This document shows, piece by piece, positions 47,222 through 57,776 of a DNA stretch of 64,000 nt. Location: assembly GCA_039028615.1 (NCBI GenBank), contig JBCCHT010000003.1, forward strand, positions 96,001-160,000, written 5' to 3'. The stretch's first letter is position 1, and the number at the start of each line of letters is the position of its first letter. Made by a program: the position numbers and the translations under genes. This stretch comes from Myxococcota bacterium (GTDB lineage Bacteria; Myxococcota_A; Polyangia; Nannocystales; Nannocystaceae). The notes beneath the pieces are model-generated. The model made no database searches. It was given only the letters and a program-made list of their open reading frames with translations, and was not told the DNA's origin.

Positions 47222-50140
47222 ATGGTGGACGAGCGGACGCCGGCCGGAGTCTCGACGTTGCCGGGCTCGGAAGAGCCCCTGGCCGCACCCGAGGGCGTGG
47301 GCCTGTCCACCCTCGATCACGACGCCGCCCTGGCCAAGGTGCTCGGGGGGATGTTCGACGCGGACGTCGTGGCCGAGATGGTCATGCCCGGCGTCGGGCG
47401 CTTCGAGATTTCTCGGCGCATCGGATCGGGGGGGATGGGCAGCGTCTACGAGGCTCGCGATCCCGAGCTCGATCGTCGCGTGGCGATCAAGGTGCTGCAC
47501 GCCGACGCGGGCGCGCCCGACCGCTTGGTGGAGGAGGGCAAGGCCATGGCCCGCCTCAACCACCCGAACGTCGTCACCGTGCACGAGGTGGGGCGCTCCG
47601 ACGGCCGCATCTTCGTGGTCATGGAGCTGGTGGAGGGAGACACCCTCCGCCGCTGGCAGCAGGCGCGCGAGCGCTCGTGGGGCGAGCTCGTCGAGATGTA
47701 CCAGGACGTCGGGCGCGGCATCGCGGCCGCGCACCAAAGCGGGCTGGTGCACTGCGACCTCAAGCCCGACAACGTGCTGGTGGGCGACGACGGGCGCCCG
47801 CGGGTCACCGACTTTGGTATCGCTCGGCTGCATCGCCCTGAGCTGCGGGTCACCGACGACGGGTTCGACGAGGACGAGGCGGTCGGCAAGAACCAGACGC
47901 GGCTGGCGGGGACGCCCCGGTACATGTCGCCCGAGCAGTACTCCGGGGGGGTCATCGATCATCGCGCCGACCAGTTCGGCTACTGCGTGATGCTCTGGGA
48001 GGCGCTGTACGGCAGCTCGCCCTTCGCGGCGACGAGCGTGGCCGCCCTGGCCATCGCGATCACCCACGGGGACATCGAGGCGCCGCCCTCTGGGAGCGCG
48101 GTGCCGCCCTGGCTGCGGCGGATCTGCGAGCGCGGCTTGTCCCCGGACCCGGCCGAGCGCTGGCCGGACATGCCCGCCCTGCTCGAGGCGCTGGCCGCTG
48201 GCCGGGGCCGCGCTCGACGACGACGCATCGGCTGGGGGCTGGCGGCGGCGGGGTTGCTCGGGGCCGCGGGCTACGGCGCGCACCAGCTGCGCCAGTCGCA
48301 GATCGAGCAGGGCTGCGAGAGCGAAGGGGCGGCCATCGAAGAGATCTGGGGCGCCGAGCGGGCGGCCGAGGTTCGAGCCGCGATGGTGGAGGTCGGCGGC
48401 GAGCCGGCGAAGAGCACCGTCGATCGCGTGGAGCGGTGGCTCGACGAGCGGTCGGGGCAGTGGCGCGAGGTGGCCACCGAGACCTGCCTGGCGCGCGAGC
48501 TGAACCCCTCGACCGACACCGATACGCCGGAGCGCATCGCGTGGTGCCTGGCCGATCGCAAGGCCGAGCTCGAGATGACCGTCGAGCTGCTGCGCGAGCC
48601 CACGCGCTCGCTCATCGAGCACGCGGTGATCCTCGCCAGTCAGCCCTTCGACATCGAGGGGTGCACCGACGAGGCGGCTCTGTCTCGCATCGAGCTGCCG
48701 CCGCCAGACCAGCGGGAACGAGTCCGCGAGATCCACCGCGAGCTGATGCGGTCGGAGTCCACCGAGGCGGCGGGAGACCGAGCCGCGGCCGAGGCCATCG
48801 CGGCTCAGGCCCTCGAGGACGCGGAGGAACTCGGGTGGCCGCGGCTCGAGGGCAGGGCGCGCGGGACCTTGGCGTCGACCCTCGTGCAATCGGGACGCAC
48901 GGACGAGGCCCGAGCGGTGACATCGGAGGCGTACTTCTCGGCCGTTACGCAGGGCGACTTGCGGACGGCCAAGTACGCGGCCGAGCGCATGATCTACATC
49001 GAGGGCGAGCTGCGCGGAGAGCTCGAGCCGGCGCAGCTGTGGGCGCGGCTCGCCGACGTGTTGATCGAGCAGCTCGGTGAGCGGGGGACGGTGGGGGAGG
49101 TCTATCGGCTCGTTCGCTTGGCCGAGGCGCTGCGCTTCAAGGGACGTCGGGACGAGGCGCAGCCGCTCATCGAGCGCGCCCTGGAGATCACCGCCAATAC
49201 CCTGGGCACCGAGCATCCCCGCTACGTCTTCGTGCTCGGGGCGCTGTCCACCAACTTGCGCGAGCGAGGCCAGGTCGACGAGGCGCTCGTTCACCTGAAG
49301 CACGAGATCGAGATCAAGGAGCGGGTCTTCGGCCCCGACAGCCAGCAGCTGGCCACCTCGCTGCTGGGCCTCGGCGCCGCCCACAGCCAAGCGGGACGCA
49401 ACGCCGAGGCCAAGGAAGCCCTCCAGCACGCCCACGAGATCTTCCTGCGCACGGTCGGGCCACAGAGTGGTCGCGTCGCGTCGGTCTTGCTGAACCTGGC
49501 CGGAGCCGAGCAGGCGCTGGGCAACGAAGACGAGGCCATCGAGCTCCTTCGCAAGGCGCTGGCCGGGTTCGAGCGGGTGCTCGGGCCGCGTCACATGCGG
49601 GTGGGCATCGCGCTGAACAACCTGGGCAACGCGCTCAAGGACGCCGGGCGTCACACGGAAGCGCGGGATGCCTTGCTGCGGGCGCTCGAGATCTTCGAGA
49701 CCGAGCTGGAGTCCGACTATCCCCATGTGGCGTTCGTGGCCAACAACCTGGGGGAGCTGGAGTCCGTACTCGGCAACAAGAAGACGGCGGAGAAGTATCT
49801 CCAGCGCTCGTTGGCCATTCGTGAGCGCGAGCTGGGACCGGAGCACGTCCGCTGCCTCAATCCTCTGGTCGCGCTGGGCAACATCCGCCTCCATCAGGGA
49901 GACATCGAGGGGGCGCGGGCCTTCGCGGAGCGAGCCGACACGATTGCCCATGAAAGCCCGCCCTCTCACCGCATGCTGGCGACGATGCTCATGGCCAACG
50001 TGGTTGGGCTCGAGGACCCGGAGCGAGCGCGGGCACTGGTGCTGGCCCTGCGCGAAGAGTCGGTGAATGCGGGCGCCGACGGCACGGTCGCGGTCGAATA
50101 CGCCGATAACTGGCTGGCGGATCACCCCGCGCCGAAGTGA
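47222..50140 (+). CDS. Membrane Ser/Thr protein kinase (non-RD) with TPRs
   Basis: GSGGMG, VAIK, HCDLKPDN, DFG, GTPRYMSPE; TM; TPRs. Confidence 0.92.
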   Translation: MVDERTPAGVSTLPGSEEPLAAPEGVGLSTLDHDAALAKVLGGMFDADVVAEMVMPGVGRFEISRRIGSGGMGSVYEARDPELDRRVAIKVLHADAGAPDRLVEEGKAMARLNHPNVVTVHEVGRSDGRIFVVMELVEGDTLRRWQQARERSWGELVEMYQDVGRGIAAAHQSGLVHCDLKPDNVLVGDDGRPRVTDFGIARLHRPELRVTDDGFDEDEAVGKNQTRLAGTPRYMSPEQYSGGVIDHRADQFGYCVMLWEALYGSSPFAATSVAALAIAITHGDIEAPPSGSAVPPWLRRICERGLSPDPAERWPDMPALLEALAAGRGRARRRRIGWGLAAAGLLGAAGYGAHQLRQSQIEQGCESEGAAIEEIWGAERAAEVRAAMVEVGGEPAKSTVDRVERWLDERSGQWREVATETCLARELNPSTDTDTPERIAWCLADRKAELEMTVELLREPTRSLIEHAVILASQPFDIEGCTDEAALSRIELPPPDQRERVREIHRELMRSESTEAAGDRAAAEAIAAQALEDAEELGWPRLEGRARGTLASTLVQSGRTDEARAVTSEAYFSAVTQGDLRTAKYAAERMIYIEGELRGELEPAQLWARLADVLIEQLGERGTVGEVYRLVRLAEALRFKGRRDEAQPLIERALEITANTLGTEHPRYVFVLGALSTNLRERGQVDEALVHLKHEIEIKERVFGPDSQQLATSLLGLGAAHSQAGRNAEAKEALQHAHEIFLRTVGPQSGRVASVLLNLAGAEQALGNEDEAIELLRKALAGFERVLGPRHMRVGIALNNLGNALKDAGRHTEARDALLRALEIFETELESDYPHVAFVANNLGELESVLGNKKTAEKYLQRSLAIRERELGPEHVRCLNPLVALGNIRLHQGDIEGARAFAERADTIAHESPPSHRMLATMLMANVVGLEDPERARALVLALREESVNAGADGTVAVEYADNWLADHPAPK

Positions 50141-50144
50141 CGCT

Positions 50145-51104
50145 TCAGGGGACCCAGGGGTCGCTGGGGTGCGCGGCGCGGTGCTCCGAGCGACCGGCCT
50201 CGATCGCCTCGAGTCGCGCCTGCAGGCCAGGGAAGCGGGCTCGAATGTGCTCGGCCTGGCGAGTCAGCCCCTCGGCGTCACCGCGGGCGGCGAGTAGCTC
50301 GGCTCGCAGGAGGGCGGCCTCGGGCTCGAGGGACGACCCCAGCCGCTCGAGCACGTCGAGGTCGAGCGTGCTCAGCAAGGCTCGCCGATCGCCGAGGTGA
50401 CGAAGCAGCACGTGATAACGCAGCGGATCGTCGCGGCGCAGAGAGGGCGGGCTCGGGTCCGCGGGCGGTAGCGCGGTCCAGCGGCCCCAGGTCCGCACCT
50501 GATCGAGCTCGGGCTTCAGCGCGGCGAGCTGGGCTTGCTGTGGTGGGGTGGGGGCGAGCAGCTCGATGGAGACCGGCGGCTCGGCGTCGGTGGGAGCGGC
50601 GATGAGCTGGTCTTCGTCGGCGTAGCGGATGCGCAGCTGGTAGGGACCGGGCGCCAACCCTTCGGGCAGGGCGATCGACGCGTCGAAGAGCAGGCGCCGC
50701 TGCTCGCCCGGGCGCAGGTCGAAACCGAAGAGGCCGAGCTCTTCGTCGACCATGGGGTTTGCAGCGCGGTGCGCGGCCGGCTCGGTCTCGCCGCGGCGGG
50801 TGAGCGTGACCTCGACCCCGGCCAGCGAATCGAGGCCCGGCAAGGGCAGGCCGTTGACGCTCGCGCGCGAGTCCTTGGCCTGTACGGTCAGGCCGACGAG
50901 GAGCGGGAATCCGAGGACGTGGGTGGGGGCGACATCGACCTGCTGCACGCCGACTCCGGTTGGTTGCGAGGGGGCCGAGCCGTTGGAGGCGGCGGGGGGC
51001 GTCGCGGGGGTCGCTGCTCCGCCCCCGTCGGTGGACGCCGCCCCGTGGCTCGAGCACCCCGACAGGGCGAGGGCGAGCATCGTCCCGAGTGTCGCGAGTC
51101 TCAT
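50145..51104 (-). CDS. Lipoprotein, paralog of 51101..51961; candidate immunity protein
   Basis: LSGC lipobox; shares VLGFP, LPLP, (A/P)G.Y.L...Y, W..W and (Y/F)PGL motifs with its neighbour. Confidence 0.7.
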   Translation of the reverse strand: MRLATLGTMLALALSGCSSHGAASTDGGGAATPATPPAASNGSAPSQPTGVGVQQVDVAPTHVLGFPLLVGLTVQAKDSRASVNGLPLPGLDSLAGVEVTLTRRGETEPAAHRAANPMVDEELGLFGFDLRPGEQRRLLFDASIALPEGLAPGPYQLRIRYADEDQLIAAPTDAEPPVSIELLAPTPPQQAQLAALKPELDQVRTWGRWTALPPADPSPPSLRRDDPLRYHVLLRHLGDRRALLSTLDLDVLERLGSSLEPEAALLRAELLAARGDAEGLTRQAEHIRARFPGLQARLEAIEAGRSEHRAAHPSDPWVP

Positions 51105-51961
51105 GGGGTGGGCCGATTCATGGTGCGAGCGAACTCCAGCTCGCCGCCCGTGGTCTCGAGCTGGGTCATCCACCAGCCGAGCCCCGGGTAGTTGCTGCGC
51201 ACGGCCTGCACCTGGGCGGGTGCGGCGGGGTCGACGAGGGCATCGAGCAGCTCGGCCTTCCACGCCGCCGCGTAGGGGGCGTACAGCGGGTCGGGCGGGT
51301 CGAGCAGCGCGGGATCGAAGTGCTCGGGCGGCACCGGGCCGAACTTCAGCTGCCGCACCGTCTGGAGGTACTGAAGCCCGGCGATGCCGTGGGTCGGAGG
51401 CTGAGTGCGCGGGTCGTCGACGATGCTGGTCCCGAGCGCCGCCGCCCACTTCGACCACGAACCCGCCGGCCGAAGCTCGGGCGCCAGCGTGTTCCACCGT
51501 TGCGACTGGGCCTGGTCGGGCTCGCGGATCTCGAAGGTCGCGCTGCGCTCCTGGGTGCGCATGTCATCGCCATCGTAGTACAGCGACAGCGTGTAGGTGC
51601 CCGCGGGAGCCGAGGCGGGCACGACGTCGGCCAGATCGAGCATGACGTCGCGAGGGTCGTGAGGTCCCAGGCGAAACAGCGGTGAGCCGAGATGGTCGTC
51701 GGCGATGGGGCGGGCGACCCGGCGGACCAGGAGACGGCGCTCGTCGTCGGCCGACTCGAGGGTCAGCCCGATCGCGTCGGCCCAGTCGAAGAGCGTGGGC
51801 AGGGGCAGCTCGTTGATGCGCGCGGCTCGGGGCACGGGCGCCAGCGAGAGCGTGATGTGCATGGGAAAACCCAGCACGTACACGGGCTGGGTGGTGAGCT
51901 CGAGCAGCTCGACGCCGGCTTCGGGCACCACGGGCGGCGGAGACTGGGCCTGGTCGGACAT
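51101..51961 (-). CDS. Hypothetical protein without signal peptide; candidate immunity protein
   Basis: 6 nt after the metalloprotease gene; paralogous to the next gene; ATGA overlap. Confidence 0.7.
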   Translation of the reverse strand: MSDQAQSPPPVVPEAGVELLELTTQPVYVLGFPMHITLSLAPVPRAARINELPLPTLFDWADAIGLTLESADDERRLLVRRVARPIADDHLGSPLFRLGPHDPRDVMLDLADVVPASAPAGTYTLSLYYDGDDMRTQERSATFEIREPDQAQSQRWNTLAPELRPAGSWSKWAAALGTSIVDDPRTQPPTHGIAGLQYLQTVRQLKFGPVPPEHFDPALLDPPDPLYAPYAAAWKAELLDALVDPAAPAQVQAVRSNYPGLGWWMTQLETTGGELEFARTMNRPTP

Positions 51962-51967
51962 GGTGGC

Positions 51968-54019
51968 TCACCAACCCAGGGCTCGGAGGCCGCCGTTGTC
52001 TTCGAGATGCACGCGTCGCACCTCCTTGAGGTGGCGGCCGCACATGTTGGGGCCGATCTGGCCGCTCGTGCCGGGCGTGGGTTGCCGGGCGGCGTTGAGC
52101 ATCCAGACGTTGCTGTAGTTGAGGTGGCAGGTCTGCTGGCGCGGTGTTCGGTAGTCGAAGTAGCCGCACTTGTGCGGCATGCCGAACGCGTGCACGAACT
52201 CGTGGGCGAGGGTCTGCACGACCTTGGCGGTGTAGGAGCCGTGCGGGAGCCCGGTGGTTCGGTTCCGATAGGCGCCGTGGTGGGTGAACACGATGGTGCG
52301 CCCCGCGAAGAACCGACCCGCGGCGGTGTTCTCCGTGGGGCTGATGCCCGACGTGTAGAAATCGCCCGGCTCGGTGATCGTCGCGTGCACCGTGTTGGGC
52401 ATGCCGTAGCCGGGCGCGGTGAAGTTCGTGCCGTCGTAGCGACCTCGGGGATAGAAGTACAGCCGCGTGGCGTAGGCGTGGGCCAGCGAGCCATCGCCCG
52501 CCGTGAAATCGGGCTGGATGTCGTGGGGCTGGATGCGGATGCGGGTCTTGGGCGTGCCCGAGTCGTCGAAGGGCACGGCCGAGCGCACGCCGAACCCGAC
52601 GGTGGTGGTCCCGAAGCGCAGCCGCATGTAGTCGGCCGTGGGGTGGGTGCCGGGGATGTCGAAGTACTCGTAGTTGTTCACCCGCTGGAGGGTCACGTTG
52701 CCGGCGTAGAGCTGATTGCCGCCTCCGCCCGGCGGCAGCGGGTAGGGCATCATCGCGGCTAGGAGCAAGAACCAACCCGCGTCGTTGGCGTGGGTGAAGT
52801 TGGCGTTGAGGTAGGCCCCGGCCTGCGTCGACAGGCCGTTGTCCGAGGTGGCCAGCGGGTCTTGATCGGCCAGATCGGCTTCTTGGTGGAAGTTCAGCTC
52901 GGCGCGGGCCTGCTCGAAGTAGGGCGGGATGTCGGCCACGGGGATGTCGAGCGCGCTGGCCATCTTGCGGTACTCGACGTCGATGCGGTGGAACATCGTG
53001 ATGATGCCCGTCTGCGCGTCGAAGACCTCGACCCCGGCGGCCGGCTCGATGGTGGCCCGAACCACGAGGTTGTCGCCCGCGACGTTGGGGCAGTGAATGA
53101 CGACCTTGCTCTGGTCGTTGGTGATCTCCGTCTCGGCCTCGGTATCGGAGATCACGGTGAGCGTGTGGCCGCCCGCCTCCTCCCAGCGCGGGTTTTGATC
53201 GGGAGTGCCCTCGTTGTCGTTGGGATTGGCCCCGCCCGGAGCCGCCCCCGGGTAGTCGTTGCCATCGATATAGGGCGCCCATTGGCGGTGGACCTCCGGG
53301 TCGTTGTCGAACTGATCGTCCGGGTCGAGCAGGGTCCAGCGGATCTTGGTGTCGGGGGGCAAGGCGCCGCGGCGCGGCACGACGTCGACCGTGACCTCGA
53401 TGCACTGCACGTCGCGCTGGTAGTTGCCCGCCAGGTCCATGTTGAGGAACGCCCGCCCCAGGTGGTCTTCGCTGCGATAGCCCGGGCATGGCTCGCTGCG
53501 CTTGGGGTTGGTGACGCCGGGGGGTACAAAGCCGGGCTGGTAGAGGCCGCGGATCTCGGAGAATTCCAGCACCACGGCCGGGCGCGCGCGCAGGGTGGCC
53601 TGGGCTCGTTGTCCCGCGCGATTGGCCGGCACGCGGGCGCCTGCCCGAGCGGGGGGCACACGCCGGGTGATGACCTGGAACTCGACCTGCGTGTTGGTGC
53701 CTTCGGTGCGGGTGCCCTGCAGCCAGGGGGGGTCGACGGTGGTCTCGATGCGCGTCAGCGGCACGGGGGCATCGTCGCCGCGGTCGTCCCACAGCTGGAT
53801 CACCACGGGAATCGCTTCGGTGGCCTCGGCCTCGACGTCGACGGTCCACGGCTCGCTCTGCCCGGTGAGGTCGAAGTCACCCGCGGCGGTGATCAGGCTG
53901 CTGCGGCCGAGCGCTCGCGTGCCGACCTGCCCCAGGGCGTAGACCTGCTGGGTGCCTGCCAGCAGGGCGGCCGGGATGCCGACCAGCTTCGTGATGTTGA
54001 TGGTGACTAGCGATTCCAT
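51968..54019 (-). CDS. Multi-domain protein with C-terminal zinc-metallopeptidase motif; candidate effector/toxin
   Basis: HEFVHAFGMPH (HExxHxxGxxH), then CHLNY and MCGRH; no signal peptide. Confidence 0.7.
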   Translation of the reverse strand: MESLVTINITKLVGIPAALLAGTQQVYALGQVGTRALGRSSLITAAGDFDLTGQSEPWTVDVEAEATEAIPVVIQLWDDRGDDAPVPLTRIETTVDPPWLQGTRTEGTNTQVEFQVITRRVPPARAGARVPANRAGQRAQATLRARPAVVLEFSEIRGLYQPGFVPPGVTNPKRSEPCPGYRSEDHLGRAFLNMDLAGNYQRDVQCIEVTVDVVPRRGALPPDTKIRWTLLDPDDQFDNDPEVHRQWAPYIDGNDYPGAAPGGANPNDNEGTPDQNPRWEEAGGHTLTVISDTEAETEITNDQSKVVIHCPNVAGDNLVVRATIEPAAGVEVFDAQTGIITMFHRIDVEYRKMASALDIPVADIPPYFEQARAELNFHQEADLADQDPLATSDNGLSTQAGAYLNANFTHANDAGWFLLLAAMMPYPLPPGGGGNQLYAGNVTLQRVNNYEYFDIPGTHPTADYMRLRFGTTTVGFGVRSAVPFDDSGTPKTRIRIQPHDIQPDFTAGDGSLAHAYATRLYFYPRGRYDGTNFTAPGYGMPNTVHATITEPGDFYTSGISPTENTAAGRFFAGRTIVFTHHGAYRNRTTGLPHGSYTAKVVQTLAHEFVHAFGMPHKCGYFDYRTPRQQTCHLNYSNVWMLNAARQPTPGTSGQIGPNMCGRHLKEVRRVHLEDNGGLRALGW

Positions 54020-54034
54020 GGGCGTGATTCGGGC

Positions 54035-55936
54035 CTAGGGAGCGTCGTGGGCGGCGGCCAGGGCGTTCTGCGTATCTTCGTCGTAGTCGCCCGTGGGATC
54101 GAAGCCCTCGAGCGACTGGAAGCGGGCTACGGCCTCGCGGGTGAGCTCGTCTTCTTCGTCGGCGGGCGCTCGGAAGTCGATGGCCAGGTTGCGCAGGCGC
54201 TCGCGCGCACCCACGAAGGTCTCGATCTCACCCAGCGGCCCGAGGCTGATGTCCCAGGCGAACACGCCCTGGGTCTCGGTGTCCTGCACGTGCAGGTCGG
54301 CCGCACCATCGCCCAGCGGCACGTCGTGCTCGATGGTGGAATTCGCGTCGAGGTCGCCGCGGAACACCAGCCCGCCCGCGCGCAGCTGGTACTCGAAGGG
54401 GTTGTCGATCTCCATGTCGATGATGACGTGGACCTTGCGGCTCTCGAAGCGACGGACTTCCTTGGCCCGGGCCCGCCACTCGGGGTACTCGGCCGAGCCT
54501 CGCGCCGAGATGTCACCGCCGGGGGCAGGGAGGATGCCCGTGCGCCCGTCGAAGAAGAACAGCTCGACGCGTCGATCGCCCTGGTCGTGCTGACCGTCGG
54601 CCGCGTCTTCGTCGATCTCTTCGCCGCTGCGGTCGAGCGGGAAGTACTCGCCACAGCCGTGCGTGGTGAGCTCGACGTCCTCGGGCAGCGTGGTCTCGTC
54701 GTGGTTCATGTAGTCGCCCACCAGCTGGGCGCGGGTGAGCGGACCGATCGAGCCGTCGTCGTCGAGCTGCTCCCAGTTGGCCGCCCGGGCGTCGGCGGCC
54801 AGGGCGTTGTGCCACTGCTGGTAGGAGCGGGTGTGGTTGGCCCCGAGCACCAAGCCGCGCGAGGCGGCCAGCGACTCGATCATCAGGCCGTCTTCGTTGC
54901 GCCCCCAGCGTTTTTCGTAGGAGACGCCGGAGTCGTACCACTCCATCCACGCGTCGATGTCGTCCTTGAGGTAGGCCGCCATCGCGTCGGCACGCTCGAG
55001 GGAGAGCGTCTCGTTGTACTCGTCGTCGCCGCTGGTGTCGGTGTGGCCGACGAGCAGGAGATCGGCCCCGGGGTGCTCGTCGTACCAGGCCGTCATCGCG
55101 GTGAGGCTGGGCATGGCGGTGGGCAGCACGAAGCACTTGTTGGTCTCGAAGAATAGCCCCACCAGCTCGGCCAGGCGCACGTAGGGCTGGATGCTGACCC
55201 GCTCGGTCTCGTTGTGCGAGACCCGAAACTGCCGCCCGATGAGGCGCTGGTCGTCGGCCGGGTCGGTCTCGAGGAACACGACGGTGACGTCTTGCCCTTC
55301 GATGAGCACGTCGGCCTCGCGATCGGTCACGCGCGGGGCGTTAGTCCATAGGTCGACGGCCGACTCGCGGATCGAGTTGACGCCGTCCTGGTCGGCGAGG
55401 CGGACCCACGCGGTCGTGGTCCCGCCCCGGATGTCGAGCACCGCCAGGCCATTGCCGTCGGTGGTGACGCGCTCGGTCTGCCCCTCGTAGTTGAACAGGA
55501 CGTCGAAGGCCTGGCCGGTGAGGGGGTCACCGAATTCGTCGGTGAACTGGATCTCGAAGTGCAGGTCCTGGAGGTCTTCGGCCGGGGTCGGCTCGGGTTC
55601 CGGGGCCAGCTCGCTGAGGTCGACCGCGGGCGGGGGGCTGAACACGGTGCCGCTGAGGCGCGGCTGGGCCCGCAGCACGAAGCCCCGCTGCGACAGCCGC
55701 TGCCACAGCTCTTCGGTGTCGCGGGCGGAGAGGGGAGGCGTGAGGTCGGCGGGCAGCGTGCCCGGGCACTCGGCTCGAATCCGCCGCACGAAGGCCGGAT
55801 CGGCGAAGGCCTCGGCGAGGATGGAGTGCAGCAGCCCGTGCTCGACCCTGGTGTAGCCCGGCGCGCTGGCTTCCTCGGGCGATGAGACCAGGACGTAGCG
55901 GAGTCCGTCCCACCCCACGAATTGGAACTGAGCCAT
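54035..55936 (-). CDS. OmpA-like domain + peptidoglycan-binding domain protein
   Basis: LVGHTDTSG...YNETLSLERA...GCGE...DRRVELFF; C-terminal TREAVARFQ...TGDYDEDTQNAL; no signal peptide. Confidence 0.85.
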   Translation of the reverse strand: MAQFQFVGWDGLRYVLVSSPEEASAPGYTRVEHGLLHSILAEAFADPAFVRRIRAECPGTLPADLTPPLSARDTEELWQRLSQRGFVLRAQPRLSGTVFSPPPAVDLSELAPEPEPTPAEDLQDLHFEIQFTDEFGDPLTGQAFDVLFNYEGQTERVTTDGNGLAVLDIRGGTTTAWVRLADQDGVNSIRESAVDLWTNAPRVTDREADVLIEGQDVTVVFLETDPADDQRLIGRQFRVSHNETERVSIQPYVRLAELVGLFFETNKCFVLPTAMPSLTAMTAWYDEHPGADLLLVGHTDTSGDDEYNETLSLERADAMAAYLKDDIDAWMEWYDSGVSYEKRWGRNEDGLMIESLAASRGLVLGANHTRSYQQWHNALAADARAANWEQLDDDGSIGPLTRAQLVGDYMNHDETTLPEDVELTTHGCGEYFPLDRSGEEIDEDAADGQHDQGDRRVELFFFDGRTGILPAPGGDISARGSAEYPEWRARAKEVRRFESRKVHVIIDMEIDNPFEYQLRAGGLVFRGDLDANSTIEHDVPLGDGAADLHVQDTETQGVFAWDISLGPLGEIETFVGARERLRNLAIDFRAPADEEDELTREAVARFQSLEGFDPTGDYDEDTQNALAAAHDAP

Positions 55937-56093
55937 GACCGACCCAGCGTACCGTGTGGGTGGGGCGGGGCAACGGGTTTGTCGACGTGCGCGGATCGTG
56001 AAGCGCCGAGTGATGGGCGTTAGCGAGCAGGACCATCGTTCCCGGGCCGCGGTGCCCGTTCGTCATGCGGCTGAGTGGCCGGTGTGTGCCCCG

Positions 56094-57200
56094 TTAGAAC
56101 CACCGCGCCTTGGCGGTCTCGGCCGCCGTCGTGCAGCCTCGTTGCAAGGCCTGCTCTTGGACCCTGAAAAACTCCTCGGTGCTATCGGGCCCCTTCACCA
56201 AGACTTCGAGCGTCTCGGCGTAGCGAGCCTGGAGCAGCTCGGCGTGGGGCGTGCCTGCGTACACGTCGGCGATGCAGCCCACCGCGCGGGCGTAGACGCC
56301 ATTGCGTACGCGGTACATGGACCAGCCGATGATCTCGACCAGCTCGAAGCGCATCTCGTCCTTCGGGTCTTCGGGAAATTCGATGGTCTGACCGGCGATG
56401 GGCAGGTATGCGCGAGGTGGTCGACCGGCGGAGGACGCGGGTATCTCGGCGTCGAGAATGTCGAAGGCGGCGGCAAACGACTCGCGATACAGAAGGCCCG
56501 CCGCGCGCCAGATCTTGGTCTCGCGGTGCAGCGCCGGGTCGTCGAGGGCCGCGGCGATCTGCACCGCTTCGTCGGCGAGCGGGAGAATCTCGCTCCACGT
56601 ATGGGCGTTGTGCAGCAAGCCACACGCGACCATCAAGGCCCCGGCCAGCTCGGGGCTGCCGGGGGCGTACATGCGAGCGTGGTCGATGAGCTGGCGGGCG
56701 GCGACGAGGTCGTGGCGCTCGTACTTGAGGATGAAGAGGCGACCGGCGATGACCCCGGGGGCACCCACGGGCGCGTCGAAGAGGCCGCGGTCCAGCCACG
56801 CGATGAAGGGCTCCCACCGGGCTTTGCTCTCGTCCCAGCCCTCATTCGAACCGTAGGTGGACAGGCGCCACTGTTCGAGGTCGGGCTGGAGCTCGTACAG
56901 GCGCCCGATGACGCCGGCTGGCGCACCCGCATCAGTGGGGAGGTTCTGGACGTAGGCATCCCAGGCCGGAATGTCGCCGCTCAGCATGGCGGGCAGCGGA
57001 CCGGCGAGTTCGGGCGGGGGCGGCGGGACCTCGACCGGGGGAGGAGGCTCGGCCGGGGGAGGAGGTTCTGCCGCCGGAGCGGGCTCGGTCGCCGCGACGG
57101 GCTCGACCGCGGGCGGTGCTTCGGGGGCCGGCTCCGCTGGTGACTTCGTCGCGCAGGCCGTGGCGAGCAGAGCGACGAGTGCGGTCGTATGACGAGTCAT
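56094..57200 (-). CDS. Hypothetical lipoprotein, Pro-rich linker + helical domain
   Basis: LLATAC lipobox; PAPEAPP linker. Confidence 0.7.
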   Translation of the reverse strand: MTRHTTALVALLATACATKSPAEPAPEAPPAVEPVAATEPAPAAEPPPPAEPPPPVEVPPPPPELAGPLPAMLSGDIPAWDAYVQNLPTDAGAPAGVIGRLYELQPDLEQWRLSTYGSNEGWDESKARWEPFIAWLDRGLFDAPVGAPGVIAGRLFILKYERHDLVAARQLIDHARMYAPGSPELAGALMVACGLLHNAHTWSEILPLADEAVQIAAALDDPALHRETKIWRAAGLLYRESFAAAFDILDAEIPASSAGRPPRAYLPIAGQTIEFPEDPKDEMRFELVEIIGWSMYRVRNGVYARAVGCIADVYAGTPHAELLQARYAETLEVLVKGPDSTEEFFRVQEQALQRGCTTAAETAKARWF

Positions 57201-57270
57201 GGTCAATCCAGACTTCGAGTTTTGACCGACAATCTCGACGATCGCAACTCGGCTTGTCGGCCGGGCGACG

Positions 57271-57768
57271 CTAGCCCTGCTCGACGAACGATGTCGCGGC
57301 ATCGAAGAGTCCGTCGTCCAGATCGCCTTGCAGGGCTTCGGTGCGCTCGCCGATGAGCCGCACCAGCTCCGTACGGGCATGCGGATGGCTGACCCAAAAC
57401 GAGCGACGCCCGATCACCAAGCGCAACAGCCCCGTCCCGAAGCTGGCCCCGATGTCGGCCCGCAGCGTCTCCAGGATGACCGGCCATAGCCAGTGCAGCT
57501 CGGAGCCCTGGGTGATCAACATCTCTAGCTCTCGCACGTCCAGCTGACCGATGGGCTTGGACGTCGCCGTTTGATGGCGGCCGATGAGTCCGCCTCCGCC
57601 GTCGCTCGGCTGCGTCGGCGTCCAGCCCTCGAGCTCGGCCAGGCTCCGCGCCAGGTCCACGTGGTAGGGCCGCGCGTAGACCTTGGGCTTTTTTTCTCGC
57701 CCGCTGGGCTTCTTGCCGCGGCGCGTTCGCTCGCCCTCGATCCGCTTCGACTTGCTACGTCTCGCCAT
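57271..57768 (-). CDS. CdiI-like contact-dependent-inhibition immunity protein
   Basis: SLAELEGW...KPIGQLDVRELEMLITQGSELHWLWPVILETLR...LLRLV...FWVSHP resembles the CdiI EC536-type pattern (P+..L.VEDL...I.Q...L.P..LE.L) as I recall it. Confidence 0.6.
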   Translation of the reverse strand: MARRSKSKRIEGERTRRGKKPSGREKKPKVYARPYHVDLARSLAELEGWTPTQPSDGGGGLIGRHQTATSKPIGQLDVRELEMLITQGSELHWLWPVILETLRADIGASFGTGLLRLVIGRRSFWVSHPHARTELVRLIGERTEALQGDLDDGLFDAATSFVEQG

Positions 57769-57776
57769 GGGGACCC

